This document shows positions 25,557 to 36,399 of a DNA stretch of 64,000 bases, piece by piece. A program made the translations under genes and the position numbers. The DNA lies in assembly GCA_964057225.1 (NCBI GenBank), contig OZ059894.1:17732001-17796000 (forward strand), written 5' to 3'. Every line of letters begins with the position of its first letter. Position 1 is the first letter of the stretch. The notes below the pieces were generated by a model. That model saw only the letters and a program-made list of their open reading frames with translations. It was not told the origin of the DNA and ran no database searches. The stretch is from Auanema rhodensis. Taxonomy: Eukaryota > Animalia > Nematoda.

Positions 25557-28500
25557 GAGAGAGAGAGATAGACTGAGAGAATAACAAATTTATTTCATTT
25601 CAATATTATCATTACAAATATATATAAATCTATGTTATGATAACAAAATAATTTTTGTTTTGAAGTTTATTTAAATTTACAAACATCAATTTGTATAAAT
25701 ACATACATAGATTCCGTTGTTTTTATATCTGTAATTAGTATCTGATCTCTAGGAAACCAAGTCTTTTCACATGAACTTTCTGAATTAGAGCTATACAAGT
25801 TCAGGGTGTGGAAGATGTGACATCTGACTGGAACAGCGCATATCAAGTGAAAATCTGTGGAACTAAGCATGAAAAAACAGAAAATGAAAATGGCTTTCTC
25901 GCTAAATAATTATCGTAAAGCTGCTATTCATTTTCTATTTTTATCATTTTAACATCTCATGTACTACGTATTCAATTGAGTAGTATGAGAAATCTGACTA
26001 AGAATTTATTAGAAATTAGAAATGTTAAGCACATTCTATGTCATAAACGTGTGAAACTGCTTCCATCCATCATACAGAATTATATTAACGCATAAATACA
26101 ATTTTTGATAAAAATTTCATGAATTGCAAATACTTTATTCATCAATTTCGATTACATCTAATCGAACCTAATTCACAATTTTTATTTGAAATAGAGATTT
26201 AACTAATGTTTTGTTTAAATAATATTTTATTATATATTTAATAAGATTTGTTTAAAAAATTTATACTAAATACAAATTATTATGTTTAAACTTTAAGTTC
26301 ACATTTTCCATTATACTTTATTTACAATTATTAATATTCCTTAATTCTTTGTTCATTTTCAAACATTTTACATAAATATTTAAGTGTTACGTGAATATTA
26401 AATAAGATAATCCATTACACGTATACACGTCACAATCCATTTTTTCAAAATAAAACTGACATGAACGGTTGTTTTCCTTTGAAATCAAAAGAATGCTCAT
26501 TCTTCTTGTCTTATTAACTGTCTATATTTAATTTTTTTTTAATTTATTGCTCAAATTTTCAAGTTTTAAACAAAAAATTTGAATAGGCAATCTTTCAAAA
26601 ATGAACTTGGCCCTCTGCTAATTATGAGAAAGATTTCATCAGCAAAGCTGAAAATGAAAATCAAATGCTGTAGAGCAAAGGAACAAAGAACCCCCGAAGC
26701 TCTGAAGACGTGTGAGAAACAACCTCAGAATAAATATGAATAACAATATCTTACTTCTCTTCTATTTATCCCTTTGTTTAGAGTGGTACTTTAAGTTTAA
26801 GCTTAAACCTTTCCGTTATAGAATGTAGTATATTTAAATAATTACATCATTTTTCATTTAATTGAATATTATACTTTAAAAAATAAATATTTATAAAATT
26901 TATAAATGATCGCTCTGTAGGATTGATGATTTCTTCTGTTTCTGTAAGAATTGCTAACTTGATATGGGGGATTTTGCGAATTTTTTAGTTGATGCTTAAC
27001 TAGCTATGCACTCTCGCATGTGAAGTCTCATTTTGGAGAAAATACCGATTTGAAAAGCGGAAAGTATAATTCACTTCTTTGCCCAAAATTTCTCGAATAA
27101 CTATTTTCATTTTAATAAAATCCCAGTGAAAACTCATAGAATAGAATAGATTGAGTAAATTTTGAAAGAGTTTGAGAGAGATGAAGAGAACGAATGAGTT
27201 TTGTGCAGTTACAGAGAAAGCTAAGGAAAACAAATCTCCGCCGGGTATTAATAGAAGAAGACTCAATTTCCGCTTGATTGCAAAGGTCCCCCACCTTTTT
27301 CAATGAGAATAAGCTTATGCCTCAACGATTCGAACTCCAAGCTAGTATTCAATAAAACCTTAGATAGTCACTTTAGTGTTCATTTCATCTGTTTCTTTTC
27401 TCTTCACCTTTTTTCACTTTTTTTTGAAAACTAGTGATATATAAATGAATTTCGTAGTTCATTGATTTATAAGACGTCATGTGTTTCCAATATTTTATTT
27501 TGAAAAATACTTTACTAAATCGAAATAAAACTTAAATTTCTCCATGAACCACAACTATCAAGACTAAAAGAGGGAAACAGCAAAAGAGGGAAGCAGTTAG
27601 AGCAAAGTGGCATCCTTGGAAGTATGCATGGAGTGAAGTAAACTCATCGGATTTGGCATCTGGACTAGATCTTATATTCATTTACATGTCGTCTTGTCAA
27701 TCCTATTCGAACTATTAACTATTGCTTCCAGCCTCCTACTTACTCTTTCTTCTAATTCTCTATTCTTTTTACAGAATCTATTAAAGCTTTATTTTGCATC
27801 TTCTAAAGCTTTTTTACACCGCCCTAAACGTTCTCATGAGTTTGGTCTGAATTCTTGATGTTCTATTCAAGTCTTTTCTTCTCGCTTCCTGTGAGCTTAT
27901 CCTATTTCTCTCTTTCTCTCTCAAAAAAAAATCTTTATTCTTATCAGAAATTGTATTTATTCTGTTTTTTTTTGTAGGAAAAGCATTGTCATTCTTTTTT
28001 CTTCTTTTTTTATCAATTATTTAGAGTCTATTCTATTTTTTTTTTTGAAAAAAAATGTTCCATTCGATTACATATATAATTAATTTTATTGGAATTTTTG
28101 TTTAACATTCTTCTAATAATCTTCTTTTTCTAACTATTTTAAACCTGAAAATTGTATTATAGTTAAACTACAGGTGTTTTTTGTTTGCAAAAATTCAATT
28201 TCTTTTTGGTTGAGTTAAGAAGCACCAATAACCTGAAGCTAAACATAAACTCTCTCTTACTTTCTTTCTCTATCTCTCTTGCTTTTTACTTTTATCCTTT
28301 TTGTTAAAATCTTCTCTTTTCTGCTATCGTTGTCTTTTGTCTGTCATCTTACAAGCCTTATTTAACATTGTGAAGAAAATATTCAGTCAAGCATATAGAA
28401 ACATGCAGAAATGTGCGCTTAATTCATCTCATTTACTATGTCCATAGACGTTTTCGCTCAGCTTCTCCGGATGTTTACTCTATTTTAGTACATGAAGAGT

Positions 28501-31500
28501 AAGAAAAAGAAGTTCAGTTAAGAAAAATAAAGGACACTTACTCAAACGTTGGCGAAACCGACAATTAAAGAAGCATGAAGGAACTAAAAGCTTTTAATTG
28601 TTTTTTGACTTATAATGTCTTGGTCTCTTTAATTTCTCATTTTCGTGCTTTCTTCACTCTTGTCAGTAATTTTCTACCTTTCAAACAGAATAAAACGTCT
28701 GCTGTCGAATAATTTCAGCCACATATTTATGTTTTCGTCTCAGAATATTTGAAATGAGCCTGGGCTAGTAAGATAGAGAAATACCAGAGAGGAAAGACAG
28801 AGCTAATATCAAAGATAGAGTAGAGAAGCTAGGCAAAGCAAGCAGAAGAACTATCACAAAAACTGAGAAAATGAAAGAAGAAAAGCAATGTTGCTCTTTA
28901 TACAAACAATTTTTATATTTATATGTTTTACTAATTTTATTTTTTTTCTTTGTGCTTTTCTTTTTTTATTTTTAAACTATAAGCTTATATTCTAAGAAAT
29001 TAAAACTTTTTTTTTCTTTCAATATTTACTTTTTGATGTTCAAACACATATTAACTCCAGATTTCTATATTTTTTCTTCTATATTAAGAAAATTATATGA
29101 ATATTTTTGCAATATATCTGCATTCCGCTCCAACTTTTCTTGTACATATCCTCTCCTCTCTCTCTTTTTCTATCCTGCTTCTTTTTTTTTCATTCTATCC
29201 TGCTCTTATTATCTTTTGCTATTCGTCAATCTCTCTTAGTTATAAGGAAATTTCTTCAAAAATAATATTTCTTACAACTCGGAATACTGCTAAGCTACAT
29301 TCATGTGAGCATATGGTGATGTTGTCCTATAAAAGCGTAAACGACTCAACTTTTTCTTGAAAAATTGCTTACTTAAGCCGTTTCACGAGCTTTTTCTACA
29401 TTATGATTTGCATTTTTTCTTTTTTTTTTATTTAAATTTTTATTATAACTTTTCCTAAGATAATTAAAAAAACATGTGACGTTGTTGATGAGCATCATCA
29501 TGATCATTTGATGAAGTAGTAAGATGGAAATAATCATTAAAAAACGAGTCCAGCTAATTATACTGAATATTATGTTTATGTTTCTGCTTAACTATTTCTA
29601 AAGATTTCCATCGCTTTTCCTACGTCTATACGAATTACTCATACTACTTACTTACTTCTTTTTTTCAAATTCTAACAGCTTTTTCTATTGAGTCATATAC
29701 TGAAATATGCATATACACTACTGACTTATATTTTAGAAAAAAAGACGCCAACCATTTGTACTTTTCATTTTTTTCCAAATTCAAATAGAAAAATGGGCAG
29801 AATTAAAAAAAATTACATTGAAAGATGAAAAAAAAAAGATTATAAAACAAGTTTTTCTTCGCTAAAATATATGAAAATAAGAAGTTATTTTAAAGAATTA
29901 TATGTAGCTCCTAGTCAGTCATTATCTTTTCTTTTTTTTTTTTCATCTTCCATCTAAAATTGAACTTTGAAGATTATATCAAGAATATAGTTACACATTC
30001 TCTATACATAACAAGTACAAATCCATATTTTCATACACAGTCACATACATATAGTTAACTTTACTATTACTAACTATAAAGGTAAGTAAGCACGCATAGT
30101 TAAAATAATTAGTTGATATTAGTATCGCTCATTCTATAGAAAAATGATGCAATGATGGAGAAGAGTGACAAAACTGCGAACGAGAGAGAATGGGTGAAAA
30201 CCACAATAAGAAAGGGGAGAGAAACAGTCAATATGAACAAAATAATTTAAATTTTTTTCTTTTCTTCTTCTTCATCAGCAAATCTTTCTAATCACTCGCT
30301 GAATATGCTCCTTGTTGACTTGAAGCCACTAATTATATTATTTATACATATATTTCTCGTTGAATTCCGAATGTATATATACACATACATATTCTTGCTT
30401 CCTTTTAGCAATTCAGCTCATCTTATATCTCATCATTTTTTTCTTCCTCATCACTTAAATACTTATTTATCTAAATTGTTAAAATAAATTTTTTTTTAAA
30501 TGGTAGTGCATAAGTGAAATAAGCACCCCAGCTGGTTCGACATCTGCTCGATAAAGTTATTTCATTCCAGTTTCTCTTTGAAAAATATGTTTTTCGGAAT
30601 TCAAAACAATGAACTACTTTTTTGACAAAGCTAACACTCGAATTTTATTATCTAAACTAAGCTTATTCCAATTGGCTTTTCAAACTTTTACTAATTCAAA
30701 CAAATGATACATAATTTACGTGATAATTATTCACGTGAATATCACGTAAGGATGCGACTTTATTTGATTTAATTGTAATCTTAATGAGTGGTTGTATATA
30801 CATTTGTTAATGCTCGTGCATTCATTATGTAGTAAAGATTTTACTTTTCCTCTTTATTTCGTATGAAAAATCAAAGTTTTGCTTTTTTGCAGCATTATTG
30901 TTTATTATTTTTCATTTTCATTATCATTATTTTGCTTCATCTTAATTAGAACAAGCATGAAATTATCATTTCTCTTCTTATCCTATACGAACTATTCTCT
31001 TCTTTTTTTTTGTTTAAAATTGAATCAATGAGTATTTGATTCGTCAACTACATTCATGTATAATTATTATTTTTTCAACTTTTGCTTCTATAGCAACATT
31101 TCAAGCAGTACAGTATTTATGAAAATATCATATAATTTCCGTTTGAAATAAAGAAAAATAACATTATGCTATCTAAACTTCATAATTTTCCCTATTTACA
31201 GATGAAAATGAATTCTGATACGTTGGATATCACTGATTTTAATTTTAATTTTGATTTGAATGACGATGAAAGGAATCGAAGTCTAATTGCAGCTATATAT
31301 CGAAGTGTTCAAGATGGAAAGTAAGTATATTATATTAAAATAAATTATCATTAATCATAATATATTTCATTTTGTATTGATTTATAATACAAATAAACTA
31401 GAAAGTAATATTTTCACTTTATTCCTAAATAAGTATTAAGATGAATTATCTTTAATATAATTTTTAAAAATTTATATTTATTAATAGATTTCAATATTTT

Positions 31501-32261
31501 TCCTTTCAGTTTCATGGGTTTAATAGTTTTAACTGTAATTGTTTCCGTCATTGTTCTCGTTATTGTCATATGCTATCTAATGATGCGATTTATGCATAGA
31601 GCTCTTAGTGGAAGTGAATCAAAAGGCCCATATTGTAAGTATTTTGGAACATTCTAAATCTTTTTTTGAGTAAAATCATTTATTTTTAATATATTATACG
31701 AAAACTTTTATTTTGATTGAAATTCAAAACTTTGATCTTATCTATTCCGGATATACAGCGAAAACGTGAGAATATTGCTCTGGGCTGTGCCCTGACCCAT
31801 ATGCCATGAAATATGAAATATTTTAGTGACTATTTGAAAAATATATCGAATCTAAACACTTTCCCACACCTTTTATCCAAATTCTCTTTTAAATTTCAGC
31901 TTCGCCTTATTCAAATATGGTTATTCATTCCAAAAGAGTTTATGAGATTCAAGCGGAAGAAGGCTGCTTCTCAGGATCAGAGTCAGAACCAACTGAACCT
32001 AAAGAACAACCGGCCACCCCAATAGCACCGAAAGAAGAGGAAAAATCACCAAGAGCTTCACTACGTCGACCCGAAACTGGTGATTTAAGACAGATACGGA
32101 CAGAAACTCCAGCAAATGATGATCCAAGGCAAATGATTAGAAAGAAAGAAAAAAAAGTGAGTGATATTTACATTTCCAACTGCCAAAAAAAATTTTTATT
32201 TACGAAAAATAAATAAAAAAAGATGAAAATGAACGGTGTAAATCAAATTACCGTAGCCTGA
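23440..32261 (+). CDS. Uncharacterised single-pass membrane protein; putative 16-codon first exon followed by a ~7.7-kb intron
   Basis: MDSILDMTNTTAPTVT|MKMNSDTLDI...QDGN|FMGLIVLTVIVSVIVLVIVICYLMMRF (TM)...|SSPYSNMV...KKEKK|MKMNGVNQITVA*. Exons at 31202-32261 are well supported; the first exon is less certain. Confidence 0.65.
24596..24664 (+). repeat. (CT)n microsatellite, imperfect
   Basis: Directly visible. Confidence 0.95.
25511..25568 (+). repeat. (GA)n microsatellite
   Basis: Directly visible. Confidence 0.95.
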
Positions 32262-33915
32262 AGTAACTGGAAAACGTTATCATCTGACGCAAAATTAACA
32301 AAAAATGAGCATTAGAGATCAGACTTCAACGAGATATTTTGTCAACAAATCTTTCATTTTGTGTACTCCTTTCTATGTTTATTCTGACCTTTTAAAACTA
32401 GACCAATGATAGAAATTTATTTATAATAAAAAAAATCCTTTTTCTAAATATTTTCTATGAAAAAAAATTAAAAATATGGGAACTTTTGAATGGCTTTTGG
32501 ACAATATTCTTATAAACTTCATGTACAGACATTGCTTTATAATAACTAAATATTCTTATTACAGCTTCACAAAGATTCAGTTTGTGGATTCATGTTTCGA
32601 CAACAGCATCAAAGTCTACCTAATATGGTTTAACTTCGAAATAAACATATGTATATCATATGAATTATGAAAACTTTTAACATTAATATTTTTTCTTTAA
32701 AAAAGAAAAAATTTCGCGTGTGTCTTTCTCCAATTGTTTCTTATTTTAACGTAAAAATCAACTCAGATTATACACGAACGATACAGTTAACAATTGGCAA
32801 TTATTACGGATATTTTGTTGTATATTATGTTTTCACTCAAAAAAGTTTAATAGTTGTGCCTAAAAACATGTCTCTATTTTTGTAAAAAAATAAAAATAAA
32901 GATTACAAGAATTAGAAGTTGTTTAAGCTATACATACATATTTATATATCAGTTACAAACAAAGTAAACTTTATAAAAAAACAAAAGGTTAAAACAATTG
33001 AAGAAGTGCATGTATAAGTGATCAGATTGAAGGATTTGCAACAGTTTTTAGAGATGAACGTAATTTTTTTGAGGTCGAATACTCAAGTGAAGGCACTTCA
33101 CCTAACGTAACGTTTGTATTTCGTATCAGTGACGGAGTTTATTTGTAAAGCCTTACTTCATATATCCACCAACATCTTGGTTTCCTCGAATTAATTAACA
33201 ACTTTTCTCTTATTTCTCATTTATACTTCTAAACATTTTTACATTACTTTTGTTCATGAAAATAATAAACTATATTAACCATATATAATGTATCCAAATG
33301 ACCTGGTAAGAAACAAATGTTGGGATGATATCCTATAATCTGTCAACATCAAAACAAAATATTGTTTTTTTCTAAAGTGTGCTCTGTTGCCAATTATCCT
33401 TTCTAGAATTAAATAAAGCATAATTTCAAAGCATCATCATATCAGAAATATGTTTCAAATTTTAAAGACAGATATGTTACTTTTATATTTTTCCAATTTT
33501 CCACAAAGTTTATATTTTTATGTTTTTGTGGCCTTTCATATGCGCTAGCACTCACAACTTGAATAGTACCCTTAGCTTGAGCTTAATGTTTCAGGAAAAG
33601 TTAAATTTACTTCTACATGTACGCTCAAAATAACGATGCCTGAGCTTTCTCTCATACTAGAGCCTAGGTAATCTACGATCTTCCGCCTAATAATATTAAT
33701 GGTTCAAACAATCCATTTCAGTTACTTCCCTTTGTCACCAATTGACTGAGTTAGTTTCCTTTTTCTAATTTCTGAATTTTTCCCATAAACATAAAATCAG
33801 TTTGACTTATTCTAATACTGGGCGCGGTTATCACACACAGCCAATATGTCTTGAAATAGTTTTTGGCCTACCTCAAAATCCAAACATCTTTTGAATTTGG
33901 TGCCGGGCTACCTTT

Positions 33916-33929
33916 GGGGGGGGGGGGGG
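33916..33929 (+). repeat. G14 homopolymer (G-quadruplex-capable tract)
   Basis: 14 consecutive G in roughly 30% GC DNA. Confidence 0.9.
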
Positions 33930-34571
33930 AGATCTACTGTGTTTTGTTTTATCGGCCTCGTTCGACATCTTTTGTTCATATTCTCTCTCATATTGTTAAT
34001 ATTTCTCATTTTACAGTATGATATTTTCTTGTTTTTGTGTGCTTTGATAAGGATTTATTGAGGGAATGGATGGAGATATAGATGATGCTACGAATATTCG
34101 TAGCTGTTTTAAAACTTCTCCCACACATTGATCGTCTGATGATGATTACCGTCCACGACTACTACGCCAGCGACAACGAGCCTATAAAAGCCCCATAGTA
34201 GTGAGGAGAGGCACTACCGAAGGACGTTAATTGAATTAGAAGATGGCGTGATCACACGTAGGCACTCTTCTCTTTCCTTCGGAATGATTATTCTATTGTT
34301 ACATGAGTTAATACTGTATCCACCTCTGTCTATTTCGCTTCATTTACTTTTTGTGAAAATCTCTATAGGACATCAGTCATCGTCGTTTTTTTTTGTCCAG
34401 CTTTCCATTTACGTCGAGTCTTTATATCTTCGAACTTTATGACTTCGGCCCCTGTAGAATGCACCTCTTTATTTTCAAGGCTATACATTTTGTTCTTGCC
34501 GATTTTCCACGTTGTTCCTTTTGTTTTTTCTTTAATTTCATTCAAATATTCATATTTTATATATTCAGGAC

Positions 34572-35876
34572 ATGTTTGTTCGTTGTGCCTCTCTCTTGTG
34601 GTTACTGTCCCTTGTGCCTTGGGCAAATTCTCTTCAATTTGAGGATTGGCACTGTGGGGCCGAAGAGGCTTCCCGTAACATCTCTTATCAGACAATTATG
34701 GAGGAATGCCCTTCTTTTGCCGGTAGGTCCACTTTAGCACTTCCTTGATATGTTACCGAGCTCTGTTCACCGCAGTTGATCTTTGAGCTTTCTCAACCTG
34801 TTAAATTAGAGTATCTATTACTTTCGTGTGACGTACGAGAAAAAGTGTCAGATGTTTTGTTTTGAGTTAATGTTTGCAGCTTTTTTGAAAACTTTCTTAA
34901 AAATATCTGTCTTTGGCAAAATGTTGTATGATTTAGTCGAGTTGAATCATTGTTGTGTTGTACACGATGATTGCTATGTTAAACAGTTTGGTCAAGGAAA
35001 ATGTGATGACGATTTCTGTGAATGTAACAAGGTTTACATTAAATATCAAGATATTTTGTTCATTCTTATATTATCAGAGAGTATTGAATCGAACAGGTGG
35101 TCAAAAGTGTCAAAGTCATGCCAGTATGGTTTGTATCTTAATGCCTTTCTTTGGTATGGCAGCCTATGAAGCTAGCGTAAATTACACAGGTTTTTTGAAA
35201 TTAATTATGAATATTAAATCAATTTTCATTAATTTAGAGCCAGAAGATTTGCCTAAGTACATCCCTAATTGGCCTGTTCTATCTACAGAGTATTCTACTC
35301 TATATGACGATTGTCCGCAAGTAAACAGTAGGTTTTTAATGTTCGAATTTCATTAAAAAATTTTGATTTACACTTTATTTTTGTCAAATTCAGGCACTAT
35401 TGCCTCGTGTTCAATTCAACTTGATGAATGTGAATATGGTATTATTGAATGTGCTGAGCAGTTGTGTTATTGCTTGAATAACGCTTATATGTAAGTTTTA
35501 AAGCTTAGAGTTATAATGTAAAAATAGTTTATCACAACTTAATGATTTTCAGAGTTGATAACTCAACATCTTGTCTGTCATCTACTTCGAATATATGTTC
35601 TGTAGTCATACGGGGTATTATCTCTATTTTCCATGATTCATATTCCAAACTATTTTCAGAAAGCCACAATCTTTTCAGTCTACGCTTTAGAGTTCGAAAG
35701 TCAATCGTTATTATTATGGTAAAAATATATAATTTTTCTCATAAGACATCTGACATTAATTTTCTTTTTAGTCTGCTTTCACGATGTTGTGTGTTGTATT
35801 CTTAGTTGGTTACGGAATCATGTTAAGGATCAGGAAAATCAGTTTTGCAAGTGAATTCAAATATACAGCCGTTTGA
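34572..35876 (+). CDS. Secreted phospholipase A2-like Cys-rich protein with a C-terminal TM segment, about 8 exons
   Basis: Signal peptide MFVRCASLLWLLSLVPWANS; WHCG; LNHCCVVHDDCY (CCxxHDxCY His-Asp dyad); KCDDDFCEC; second Cys-rich module; hydrophobic IVIIMSAFTMLCVVFLVGYGIML. Confidence 0.85.
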
Positions 35877-36399
35877 AAAGTTCCATTGTCTCTGCTCAAA
35901 AAGTAACTGAAATAATATAATTTTTTTATATTTATTTTGCCTTTCGTAAAGCGGATACTGATCTCTAAATGTTTTCATGATAGAAGTCTTAAAAAACTTT
36001 AACCGTGATTAATATCTATATCTGCTTCTCCATAATATTACTTTTTTCGGGATTTTCTAAGAAAAAAACATTTATGTGATGATTTAATGTGATATGATCG
36101 ATTTGTATTCTCTTAACTTCTTTGATCTTCTCCATATCTAAAGCTTAAGTTTTGATTCCCTCGTCTCTTATGCATTCGTCGGAAAAGATTAATTCTTCTT
36201 TTTCTTATATTTTTTGGTTTTCTAGCTCATCCTTTTCCATCTTTTAACTTAGTTTGCATTACTGTTTCATATGCTATTGACTTCTCGTAATAATTCTTCA
36301 TAGATCCTTTTGTATTTGTGTTAATAAAAAATTTTTTTTCCTTGTTTTCCATATTTATTTACAAATAGTGATGGAATTTTCGACAACACTTTAGAAGCT

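Noticed and set aside
34066-34230. Selenoprotein or stop read-through interpretation of the in-frame TGA
   Set aside because: No redox-motif context, no SECIS identified, and the frame is short enough to arise by chance.
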